The notes beneath the pieces are model-generated. The model saw only the letters and a program-made list of their open reading frames with translations. It was not told the origin of the DNA and ran no database searches. Positions 49,301 to 60,889 of a DNA stretch of 64,000 bases are shown here, piece by piece; position 1 is the stretch's first letter, and every line of letters begins with the position of its first letter. A program made the position numbers and the translations under genes. Source of the DNA: Marsupella aquatica. Lineage: Eukaryota > Plantae > Marchantiophyta. Location: NCBI GenBank assembly GCA_973895155.1, contig OZ316891.1, positions 22,023,168 through 22,087,167 on the forward strand, in the 5' to 3' direction.

Positions 49301-50449
49301 CTCCTTGATCTGCATGTATTCCTTGTCGATTACTATCGTCCTGCTCATGCTTGCTACTTGGCTGGCCTGTCGCAATTGGTACATGATAAGCATGTACGGC
49401 TTGTACAAAGTGAATATGCTGAACAACTGTTGTGTCCTTCGTTTCATGTAGTCGATCAAGCTGAGTTGTCCTCGATGGAAACCCCTCGAGTGGACGAACA
49501 AGAACGGGAACATTGCATTTTCCAATGTCAATTGTGGATCATTTGACAGTCCTTCCGCATTGGTGTTGACGCTCTCTTCGGAGCACATTCTCTTGCGGTC
49601 GTACACGGTGCCGGAACGAAAGACCTGGTACTTGCGCTTGTGTGAAGTCGGGATCCGGTAATGCACATCTTGGAGGATGTGCAGGTCGGGGTCGAATGGG
49701 TCAAAGTTCATGGATCTCGTGGTTATTCTCTTTGCCCTCTTGTCTTTGATGATGTTCTCTACTCCGTCGGAACTTAGGATGCACAGTCCCAGTGACGGGT
49801 CTGGTAGTTCGACCAATGAAACGTATCTTTTGAAAAGTTGGTTGGTCGTCAAATTGAGTTCCATGACTTTGTATACCTGTCGCATGATCTCCTCTCGATT
49901 ATTGCACTCTAGCGTGTCGAGATTCTAGGATATGAGCGGGTTGTCAAGGAGGCTTTCCTTTTTGTAGAAGCCAGAGTGGAAGCCATTGTACTTTTGTATG
50001 ATGCCTAGTCGACAGTTGATTAGCGAGAGCAATTGCATGTACAACGGCTTCGCGGCTAGGATGTTGATCGCATATTGCGGAGATATGAAGGAGTTTATCT
50101 AGATACGGGCGGGGTTTCGCACGCAAGTCATGCACACGTTGATTGTTCCATCTTGGTTCTCAATGTACTGGTTGACAAATGCGTTGCATATGCCGTATGG
50201 CGTCATGTTCACCTTTGGTACGGTGGTGAATGTCTTGTCGATCCTCGGAGTGTTTCTGTATTGAACTAGTCCGCACATCCCGCACACCTTCATGCCTTGG
50301 ATTGTCTTTTGGCAGACTTCTCTCCATTCTTGGAGATACAATGGGGCTGAGGCCCATCCTTGACATAACAGACTTAGTGACTCGGCACAGGTGTTTATTG
50401 CATGCCTTCGTGCGACATGTCTCTTCTCGGACATTGTACGCCGTGACAT
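46326..50449 (-). pseudogene. Helitron-like RepHel (HUH Rep + Pif1 helicase), Helentron/Helitron2 type, with 3 premature stops and 1 frameshift
   Basis: CxxC..CxxC finger, LENAMFPFLF, PGSPAW..WGLPHFFLTLT (Rep motif 1), IRYELQGRGSLHAH (motif 2), YLLKYAIK (motif 3). Pif1 motifs GNPGSGKT, ATTGAAA, IDEASM, GDMCQLPPV, FPLMLGYAITGHKSQGCTL, MLSRV. TAG at ~50100 and ~49927, a -1 shift at ~49055, TGA at ~49015. Confidence 0.92.
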
Positions 50450-50564
50450 TTTTGGGGAGACCTATGCAAAGGATTATGGACTCGTCAGTTTTCTTAGCTA
50501 GGGTCCATCCAAAATTCGCTCAATGAAATTTCAGAAACGAGTCTTGCTTATCACGATCTCGTAG

Positions 50565-51820
50565 TTACCAAGAAGAGTTGGTTGCTTGGCTCCAACCCAA
50601 GTTAGCAGAGCGCCAAACACTACCCGAAAGTCATGCCATAAACACTACTCAAAGGTCATGCCATAAACACTACTCGAAGGTGATGCCACTCATGAAGCAG
50701 GCGGCCGTGCCTGTATCCACCAACGCAACACCCAGATTATCGTTAGAACTTGTGACATTCACAAAAATTGGCTTGTTAGGATTTATAGTCATAACCTTAC
50801 GTAATTTCTCTCACAATAACACCTTCTCTTTGACAGGCATATCCCCTACAGGGACCTCATCAACTACTAAGGGTTCGGTCAGAGCAATACTTACATTATT
50901 GCCCTTTTGTCCTCCATCTCCGCTCGGCTTGCCACCTTTGGTGGCACAATCCTTACTTCAATGATGACCCATGGCGCCACACGTGAATCACTATAAAGTT
51001 GTGCAGTTGTGTATGTAGGGTCTCTTGCCCCGTCGGGATACACACCAACTGGTTTGATAATAAGTGATGAGATTTTGGATATCACCCCTAAAGCTCATTT
51101 ACCAAGACTTGTACCAAGTCAAGGCATAGTTCTCCTAGGTATTTTGGTTAGAGCATTACTTAATGCCCTTCTGCCCTCCATCTCCACTCGGCTTGCCACC
51201 TTTGGTGGAACAATCCTTACTTTGATGACCCATGGCGCCACACGTGAATCACTATAAAGTTGTGCAGTTGTGTATGTAGTGTCTCTTGCCCCGTTGGGAT
51301 ACACACCAACTGGTTTTGATAATAAGTGATTATCATTTGGATATCACCCCTAAAGCTCATTTACGTTACACATCTCTAAGCGTGCCGCTCTAGGTACTTA
51401 GTGGTGACATGAGCACGAAGACCCTCAACTAGGTTTTCCCAAGTTAACGGCAAGGAGGAGTCCTCTTGCGACTTCTTCCAAGACTTGTACGGTCAAGTCA
51501 AGGCATAGTCCTCCCAGTTTTGGGTATCACCCCTAAAGCTCATTTACGTTACACATTTCTATTAAGCGTGCCGCTCTAGGTACTTAGTGGTGACATGAGC
51601 ACGAAGACCCTCAACTAGGGTTTCCCAAGTTAACGGCAAGGAGTCCTCTTGCAACTTCTTCCAAGACTTGTACCAAGTCAAGGCATAGTTCTCCCAGTTT
51701 TGGGTATCACCCCTAAAGCTCATTTACGTTACACATCTCTAAGCGTGCCGCTCTAGGGTTCGGTTAGAGCAATACTAACATAATAATTACCAATCAAGGT
51801 ATAGTTCTCCTAGGTATGCG
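50565..51820 (-). pseudogene. Scrambled, tandemly duplicated Ty3/Gypsy gag-zinc knuckle-aspartic protease fragments
   Basis: Manual - strand translation gives ALTWYKSW..PLTWETLVEGLRAHV (gag capsid-like, x2), (C>*)FTCGAMGHQSKDC (CCHC, ~51211-51251, with a variant at ~50945-50990), and PIFVNV..ALVDTGTAACFMS (~50690-50770) ..LGLEP. Confidence 0.75.
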
Positions 51821-52120
51821 AAACCCTATCGCATCATTCACAAGATAGGCCCACAAAGATAATACGGTTTAGGTGGTGTTGGAGACACCCACGTAAACCC
51901 ACAAGTAAATGGGCGTGGGCAAAAGCTACCATGTTAGCCGAATCAAGAAATTTGTCCAAGACAATGATCCCAACCGGGATCAAGTCTTGCGTTTGGACAC
52001 TATGCTGGTGGAGGACGCTAGTGATCTAATGAATTATATAGGTTTAATACTCAGTCAATATAAAGATATATTTGTATATATATATATATGTATATATTAA
52101 AAAAAATTCTTCATGTTCTT

Positions 52121-53978
52121 TACAAAGTGAGGATCTTTGTTGCAATTCAAAATTGTAATGACAAAAAGCAATTCAAACATGGCTATGATTTGGAGTTGGT
52201 CCGGATTTGAAGCACACTAAACCGTCTTAAAGGACCGCAACAGAGTAAATGCCAAATTAAATAGCGAAAAGTTATATTAGAAAATAGCAAGGATTTTAGG
52301 GTTCAAGAATCATGTTAGGGACCACACAAAAAGCAGGAAGAACTTGAAGTCAGGAGACAGCAAACCTGTATGTAGAAGCGCTGTTTAACTTATTCGGAGC
52401 TTCTCTTCTCTAGGTAACTTGAAAACTCACGTCCAACTTCCCGAACACCATTAAGTAAGTCGGCCGACACACCATGCCCTTTCTGCAAGAAGACTTGTGT
52501 GAGTACCAAACAAACTTTCCATTAGATAAAGTGTCCACCTCTATAAGTTACACTAACTAGGCCTCTTACCCAAGACTCGTTGAAACTAGAGATATGAAGA
52601 AAGAAAAAGCTTGCACGGAAACAATTCTAAGTATGCTTTAATTTGGGTTCATCTTTGCCCATCTAGAACTTCTTTGTTCACCCTCCCCCATACTGTTTTT
52701 TTGAAAGTCAGGAGACATCAAACCTGTATGTAGAAGTGCTGTTTAACTTATTCGGAGCTTCTCTTCTCTAGGTCACTTGAAAACTCACGTCCAACTTCCT
52801 GAACACCATTTAGTAAGTCGGCCGACACACCATGACCTTTCTGCAAAAATTGTGTGAGTACCAAACAAACTTTCCATTAGATAAAGTGTCCACCTCTATA
52901 AGTTACATTAACTAGGCCTCTTATCCAAGACTCGTTGAAACTAGAGATATGAAGAAAGAAAAAGCTTGCACGGAAACAATTCTAAGTATGCTTTAATTTG
53001 GGTTCATCTTTGCCCATCTAGTTCTTTGTCCACCCTGCCCCATACTGTTTTTTTTGTTTATCTTCATTTTTTAAGTTGTGTGATTATTAAAGACTCATTA
53101 TCAGTTTTGTCTTTATTGGGAGTTGCCAACTCTAGACCATAGGCCTTAAGTAGCTTTGCAAATTATTAGTAAGATAGCTTAGCCTATAAAATACATCTCA
53201 CATAAAATTGTGACTCATTTAAGTTTATTTCAGGTGTCAATCTAATTTCATGTTGTTTACGAAGTGAGGATCTTTGTTGCAATTCAAAATTGTAATGACA
53301 AAACACAATTCAGACATGGCTATGATTTGGAATTGGTCCGGATTCGAAGCAAACTAAACCGTCTTAAAAGGACCGCAACAAAGTAAATGCCAAATTAAAA
53401 AACCAAATTATATTAGAAAATAGCAAGGAGTTTAGCGTTCAATAATCATGTTAGGGACCACACAAAAAGCAGGAAGAACTTGATGTCAGGAGACAGCAAA
53501 CCTGTATGTAGAAGTGCTGTTTAACTTATCCGGAGCTTCACTTCTCTAGGTAACTTGAAAACTCACGTCCAACTTCCCGAACATTAAGTAAGTCGGCTTA
53601 CACAGCATGCCCTTTCTGCAAGAAGACTTGTGTGAGTATCAAACAAACTTTCCATTAGATAAAGTGTCCACCTGTAATAAGTTACACTAACTAGGCCTCT
53701 TACCCAAGGTTCCTTGAAAGTAGAGATATGTAGAAAGAAAGAGCTTGCACGCAAACAATTCTAAGTATGCTTTAATTTGGGTTCATCTTTGCCCATATAG
53801 TTCTTTGTTCACCCTCCCCCATACTGTTTTTTTTGTTTATCTTCATTTTTTAAGTTGTGTGATTATTAAAGACTCATTATCAGTTTTGTCTTTATTGGGA
53901 GTTGCTAACTCTAGACCATAGGCCTTACATAGCTTTGAAAATTATTAGTAAGATAGCCTAGCCTATAAAATACATCTG
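52121..53978. repeat. Tandem duplication of a ~720-bp unit; the first copy carries an extra internal ~360-bp duplication
   Basis: aagtgaggatctttgttgcaattcaaaattg at ~52124 and ~53262. gtcaggagaca.caaacctgtatgtagaag at ~52349, 52707 and 53485. Shared end agcctataaaatacatct at ~53198 and ~53977. Confidence 0.9.
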
Positions 53979-54869
53979 ACTATAAATTTCAGTCTAATTA
54001 TAGGCTCTAAGTATGGGTAGGGTTTCTCTACATGCAGATTGCTACTGTCTGTAATGATTCTGGCCTCCTTGAAATAAGGATTTGTCCTATGCTGTGATAT
54101 GGCAGCAGCCCAAGTTGTATTAAAGAACTGCTGTCGTGTGTTACTCCTTTTTAGTTCGCCGGGTGTTTAGCCATTGAGTTCTTGTACTAGGACTGAATGC
54201 GTTTACTATTTTGAAGTTGAGTTGTGATCATCTGCTCTCCTTTCAAGATCAGTCTCGATTACCAAAAACCTTCGGCTCGCAGGAACTCGACTGTGATGCA
54301 TTACAATGACTTTTTTGGGCCAGCTTAATTGAGATGATTGTTCATTTGCTCTCCTTTCAAGATCGGCTTGTGGGAGGTCGCTAAGTTCAAGGCTATAGAA
54401 TCTCAATACATGGAGGCATTTCAACTGTAGCTATTTGATGTATAGTATAAGTTAGTTTCCTTGCTTGTGAAGGAAAAAAATGGTGAATGCCCTAATCATA
54501 GGCGCTTTGGTGTAAGTCTTGGCCAAACTACTTGACACTGAACATGAATTTTGAGGTGCCAGTTTAGGGACAACATTGCAATTGCCAAGTGGACGTCGTC
54601 AGCAAGTTTTGCTATAAATGATTGTGAAAGTGTATGTTGCTGACTTCAATTCCTGAAAGCACATGATATTACAGTCCCCAAGGGCAAAGGGTCTATTATT
54701 GAGCACTGATTCCATGCTGAGGACAAGATCGTTCCTAACTTGACTCCACATATTTACAGTTCTCGCCCGAGAATGACAATTAATTACTCAGTGTGTTTGA
54801 CAAGGAGGTGCTCATAAGAAAGTTGACCTTGTTCGATCGATCTGCTTTTGCCTTTTTCTTCTGCTCAGG

Positions 54870-56295
54870 TCGCTGCCTTACAGCTCTTCTCTGCCCCGAT
54901 CGTGTATGGCCCACTCGAACAAAAAAATCTATCTGGAAAAACATGGTGGGAAATCTCAGGGCGCAGTAAAGTTAAGAGCCACCAACAAAGGTAAGGGCCG
55001 AATGTGTATCTGTAAGGAGTCTCTAGAGCAGAATGATGCAGATTATAAGTGACTCTAAATTCTCACGCGACATTGATATCTTATTTATTAATGCTTTGTG
55101 ACATGATTCCAACCAGTTTCAATTCAACACCAATTTTGGTCGACATGGATTGGCTTCCAATCGAAGTGTTGCCTGCTGCTCAAAATTAATCTAATATCCA
55201 CAAACTTGAGTCGAAAGCAGATTGAAAAAGTTACAAAACAAAGGCAAAGCCGATCATTTTATTAAACAAGGAAATTAAACAGTGAAGTCCTGATTGGAAT
55301 TTGGAACACAAAACTAAACTTCCCTACTGCTTTGCGCAATTCAGCACACGGCAGGGGAGATGAAACGAGGTTTTTCAATGTGCAGAATTGTAAACCGACC
55401 TTTACTCCTCTTCAATGCCGACAGTAAATTTCTATGCTCACAATCAGACATTGGGTTTAGTCTATGGAAACATCAAACTCAATCAGCAAGAACTGGTGAG
55501 ACTAGGGACCTCCACTACAAACCGCGGTTAGTAACATGCTGTGTAAAAGTAATTAACTGGAACTGCACTCACACGTTTTGTGAACACAATCAATCAAAGG
55601 TCAATATTTAATATATAGTTGACATTGGCGATTGCATTTTCCCGATTTTGTTTCTCTCCTGCAGCTTTCGGAAGAGCTAATTAAGGTCGAGAAGGTTCCG
55701 TAATTTCTCGAGTCCTAATTTTGAGTACTGTCTAACTTGGCTTGTTTGTTCTCACTCAAATTCATCTCATCACAAGGCTCTGGGTGAATTGTCATTCAGA
55801 GAATCATGTTCCAGACGAAAGAATTGAAGGAAGGTTTACGCAGGAACAGGATGAACTCCGGGTCCGTGTGGCCGATTTAGAAAAGAAGCTACAAGAGCGC
55901 ACGCAAGAACTGATCGAGGGAATCAGAAAGTTCTCGTACAGCAGAAAGTGCAAAATTTGGTATATTGCAGACCAAGATGAAGGAGTTGGAAAAGCGTTGA
56001 GAAACATATGTAAGCTTTTGGTCGATCTCCACGTGCGTCCGTCATACTTGATGAGATGTTTTCATCTTCAGACTCAGGAGTAAATGGAAACATTACTTAA
56101 TTACTGTTGAAAGGAAGGCAGAAGGGGAAGATTTAATTGACATGCTTTCATCTCGGACTTCGGAGCAAATGGAGTGCGGTAAACAAAAGAAATACCGAAA
56201 GCAGCAGGCGTACAATAAATCGACATGTTCTCGAATCAAACATCGCACAAAGGTGAATCTACTGCTAAAATGCGTCACCAGGCCATGCCCTGCGT
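54870..56295 (+). pseudogene. Possible decayed multi-exon coiled-coil gene fragments
   Basis: Exon-like segments bounded by (y)ncag / gtaag, encoding LRVRVADLEKKLQERTQEL and, after a frameshift, GILQTKMKELEKR*. No family recognised. Confidence 0.3.
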
Positions 56296-56382
56296 AAGCA
56301 ATTACCTCCCCTGTCGTGCATGGCTACTGTCCTCTCCTGTCGTGTATAGATTAGAGTTTTGACCTGCATTCGTTGCTAGTCA

Positions 56383-56462
56383 ATGTCCTTATCGATGTCC
56401 TTATCGATTCTCTTATCGATGTCCTTATCGATTCTCTTATCGATGTCCTTATCGATTCTCTT
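56383..56462. repeat. 12/24-bp tandem repeat (cttatcgatgtc / cttatcgattct)
   Basis: Direct reading; about 6 copies of a 12-mer. Confidence 0.8.
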
Positions 56463-57734
56463 TGCTTCTCCTTCTTTCTGCTCGATCTATTTGTTTCTGA
56501 TTAAGATGTGTTGCGCCTCTTTTCTGTCCTCGATCAGTTCTCATTTCAAGAGGCAAAACTCCTTTCGAGCTTTCCTCTTTTTTCATTACTTTCATCAAAA
56601 GCCTTCCTCCCTTTCGAAATGTTGATGTGCTTCTTTTGTTCTGACGGTTTTATTTCGGCAGTTACACAGGAATAGGGTTACTGTTTAAGTTGATCACTAT
56701 TTACTTTTACAAAAAAACATTTATAAATTTAAGTAAAGAGAATATGGGTGAATGTTTTTAATCTCGCCCTTTGTATCAATAGATTTGGATGAATTACTTT
56801 TAATTACTTTTACATTATGTTTTGACGGCATGGCGTCCATAAAATTACACGAAAAGCGACGTAAACAAGATGGAGAGGAGTTTATTCGTTGCGCAAACAT
56901 GACCATTCTTGTTTGTTGCGGTTGTTGCTGACGTGGCACGCTGTGGTGCCAGGAATTTTGGAAGGAACCTCTAGTGGGGTCCGTAAATAATAATAAATAC
57001 AATGAATGATTTTATGAAACAAAAACCGGGATGGAAGGAGACATTGTTTGTGCTCATCCCCATGGACCGCCTAAGTAACTTTCTTTTACATCAATAAAGT
57101 AACTGCCTCTTACACCAATAATAAAAGGAACCAGTAGTGGATTGCAGTTGACTACTTTAAAAGAAAGTAGTCAAGACATCATGGTGATCTTGAGTAATGG
57201 TATTGATGTCTTTATATCCTTCAAGTTGAAGATGGTCAAGTTCCTGAGGAAACTGGTTAAAATTGAAACCAGGTGCAAGGGTAAGGAGACCATTTATGGT
57301 CACTTCAGTCAAAAGTGTAAACAGTGTTATCTGAGTCAATTGAAATGTTCTGAGCAAGTCCATCCAAGCCTTGCCAGTCCATCCGGGCTTTAGTTTCATG
57401 ATTTTACAGAAAACAATGCAAAATGAATGTTCAGACTATAAGGTCATGAGTTTTTAAAATAGAATTATAGACAACAGTGACAAACTTACAGTCCATTGGG
57501 GCAATGTGGAATCCATGTGTGGCTTCATGCAATGCTATATGGACGCAAATGTTTTCCCTTTTTCTGACCCCCCAAAAAGGAAAATTCTCTTCTCAAGAGG
57601 AAAAAAGCCAATAATCTTTCATCTCATGTCAATCTATTTCCCCTTTACCAGCTCCATGCCAAAAACCTTCAGGCATATCAAGTTAATCTCTTTCTCCTCT
57701 AATGCTCCATGCCAAAAAGTACCTGATGCATCGG

Positions 57735-57796
57735 GTATAGTATAGTATAGTATAGTATAGTATAGTATAGTATAGTATAGTATAGTATAGTATAGT
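57735..57796. repeat. (TATAG)12 microsatellite
   Basis: Direct reading of the sequence. Confidence 0.95.
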
Positions 57797-57797
57797 C

Positions 57798-57932
57798 CAT
57801 AGAGGCATGACTGAGTGGTAGCTCATCTGAGTGAAGACTGATAGGTCTTGGGTTCAAGGCTGGGTTGTGACTGACTATTCCCTTTCTGTGGGGTTTCACA
57901 GATTTCTCCAAAAAGAAGAAGAAGAAAAAAAA
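57798..57932 (+). mobile_element. tRNA-derived SINE, ~135 bp, with an A-rich tail and a 13-bp TSD
   Basis: A-box-like ggcatgactgagtggtagc, B-box-like gggttcaaggc, 3' stem-loop tctgtg-gggttt-cacaga, tail aaaaagaagaagaagaaaaaaaa. GTATAGTATAGTC flanks both sides (57785-57797 and 57933-57945). Confidence 0.8.
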
Positions 57933-58113
57933 GTATAGTATAGTCAGAGAAACCCTTGTATGTAGCACATGCATTATACAAGGTACACTCTAGAGTCTTA
58001 TCCTTCATGTTTCAATTATGTAAACACACAATGGGAGGGTTTTGGCAGGATTTCTTATTTCTTATTACAATAGTTTATATATCTATCATGGACCAAGAAC
58101 TAAAGGCTCTGCC

Positions 58114-58176
58114 CAGAGAGGCATGGCTGTGTGGTAGCTCTCTTGACTTGAGACCCATAGGGTTAGAGTTCAAACG
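58114..58176 (+). mobile_element. Second, diverged tRNA-like SINE head
   Basis: agaggcatggctgtgtggtagctc...gagttcaaacgc parallels the A and B boxes of 57798-57932; no tail or TSD. Confidence 0.5.
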
Positions 58177-58756
58177 CTTTAAAGCCCTTTAAAAACAAGG
58201 ACAAAGAGCTCCAGGAGAGGGATCCCAAAAGGAAAACCAGGTTTAATTTAAATATTGTTTGAGCAATCTTGTTCAAATAGTGTCTTTATGGGGGAATGAA
58301 GAAAAATTAGGTTTGTTTTCTTTTGGGCAATCTTGTTCAATTTAGTCTCATCTTACAAAGAAAAAAGGGGTAAGTTCAATTTAATAGTACTTTTCCCGTG
58401 GGCAATCTTGTTCACTTGAAGTTCACCGTATGAGAAAGATAGAGGCCCCTAGTGACATACATTCTTTGCAGTGAAGGGCGCGTGAAAATGATAATATTAC
58501 TAGGGTGTGTCAAAGTTGCAGAAGTTTGGCCATGGCAATAACTTCTTCAGAGGGTCGTGTAAAATTTTTATTTTTATTTTTCACTAGTCTCTACAATGAC
58601 TTATGGTCATGGCAAATGACCAAAAAGTACTGGGTTATGAATTGCTAACCCATAACTTTTTCTGTCCATGCCATAACGTTAAGTACTAAGTCAACGTCCT
58701 TCAAATCGTAAGCTTGAGATGCAGTATTGAATGACCAAGGCGCAATAGAAAACAAT

Positions 58757-59128
58757 AAATGAGTTTCCAGGAATGCCTAGTCAAGAATAAACCAGCCTAG
58801 AGTGGCTAACTCACGCGGTAGACAACATTGAATGTCCAAAACCCAATTGCAAAAAATAAAATGAGTTTCCAGGAATGCCTAGTCAAGAATAAACCAACCT
58901 CGAGTGGCTAACTCACCGGATAGACAAACATTGAATGTCCAAAACCCAATTGAAAAAAATAAAATGAGTTTCCAGAAGTGCCTAGTCAAGAATAAACCAA
59001 CCTTCGAGTGGCTAACTCACCGGATAGACAAACATTGAATGTCCAAAACCCAATTGAAAAAAATAAAATGAGTTTCCAGGAATCTCTAGTCAAGAATAAA
59101 CCAACCTCGAGTGGCTGAACTCACTGGA
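58757..59128. repeat. Minisatellite of ~103-bp units, ~3.6 copies
   Basis: aaatgagtttccaggaatgcctagtcaagaataaaccaacctcgagtggctaactcac..cattgaatgtccaaaacccaattg at ~58758, 58859, 58962 and 59066. Confidence 0.9.
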
Positions 59129-60889
59129 GAAATATACCCTTGACAGCGTTTGAGACCTTCCTTTGCCGTGATTGATTGTCTCATGGGTGCACAGTGAAGG
59201 ATTCATGCAGAGAAAGAAAGAAAGCTGTGCCTGACTCGGAAGAACAGAGGGAGGTCGATCATGACAATATCACGGGCTTCGAATGTCCAGTCGTAATAAC
59301 TCTCGAGCTAGAGGAGCCAGGAACAAATTGAATTGGACTTCAAAGAGGATCCGGCAAGAAGAGGAAAAGGTGGCGGAACGACGGGGCGGAAATTGCCGTA
59401 GAAGAAATTGATCAACAGGTTAAGTGTGGAAACTGCGCTCCATCATGAGCTGCGATATCATAATAACGTTTCGTTGTCTGCCATTGTTTTCATAAAGCAG
59501 GCAACATGTACAAACTATCAAGTTGATCCACATCCATAAAAAATGAGTTTACCTAAGTAGAGTCCAGAGCCATTCACACGAAGTCTAATCGATCAGATAG
59601 AGATGCACAAAAGCACAAAAACTGGGATGCCTCCAAGTTTTGGTACTTTCTCCATGCAACAATAGTTGGTACAGGACAGCGTAACAAACTTGGAAGGCAA
59701 TTGTGGCAGTATTCGGACGGCGAGCCTGGTGGCGAACATGGTTTCATTTTGGATTTGTGTGTTTTCGAAAACAGCTTTCGAAGCTGTATGGAAAGCTTGA
59801 TTTTTGAGGACCTTTCGTTAGAGATGAGAATTATTGCAGCTCAGGGATGAAACAATGACATACGTATCACTTATCACAGATGAGTACTGAAGGCCCACAC
59901 GCACTTCCAATGCTGTCTCAAAAATACACAATCTGGAGGTCCAAATCCAGCCTGACAAAGCTCTTGACACACGGTCTAGCACGCTGTTAGGATCTAGTCC
60001 GAGAACCCCATGACATTACAGTAACGATGGAGGCCCTATGATTGTTCATCTTTGCCTCACCTTTCCTTCTGATGACGATCAAGCTAGTAGGGCAGAATGT
60101 AAGTTGAGAACTACACAAATGTAAGACACAGTTACAGAGCCGTGCATAGACCCTATGATAAGTGCCTTACATGCCTGCTATCTTGATTCCCTGAGATTTT
60201 TTATCGAAACGAATTTTCCATTTTCAGAATCCTCCCCGTATTTTTGCTCTATATATGTGTACAGTTGTGAAGTGGTTCAGGTGATACGACCACAAAAGAA
60301 GCTGGTGCTGTTTTCGTTACTGGCACACTGCCGTTCCATTCGATCGTTATACTTTGAGTATCTGTCCAATCGAGGTCCACATTGTCACATTGTCTTGGTC
60401 GGAGTCTTAGTTTAGAAACTAATATTTGCTGGGAACTGAGCTTGCTGTGAAATGAAACGCAATCAGCAAAGCAGAAATGTCTGCCAGTTGGTAGGCATCG
60501 AGCAAAGGTAGTGGTAGAGCACCAGGTTCCATCAATGCAGTTTGACTTGGCTCTTTCTTTAGAAATCACGATCAGTATCAAGATCTACGGCTGCAGCTAC
60601 TGTAGTAAGCCGATGAGTGTGTGATGGACTCAGCTCACATTACAGAAGAGGCAGCAGTGGACGTGGTGATGACGACATGGAATCTAAAGTCCTTCCAAAG
60701 ACCACCGATTTCCAGGGTTGGAAGGCCTTCCAGAGCTCGCAACATCCATTTTTTAGCCTAGATGACAATGACAAGACCTAGCTGTGTTGTCTGCTCACAA
60801 CTGTAGCAATTATGCAATCTCCTGCCACAAATTTAGGAGAAATAGAGGCTAAAAGCAAACATCACCTGTTTAAGAGTTGAGAGGGTCAC

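Noticed and set aside
46575-49930. Multiple + strand ORFs of up to 225 aa
   Set aside because: Antisense shadows of RepHel; the same applies to shadows over the kinase, ELIP and RT genes.
51909-52100. MGVGKS as a P-loop NTPase start
   Set aside because: Lacks the first Gly of GxxxxGKS, is preceded by a stop and runs into a (TA)n tract.
57798-57880. Functional tRNA gene
   Set aside because: No proper acceptor stem or cloverleaf; the A-rich tail and TSD indicate a SINE.
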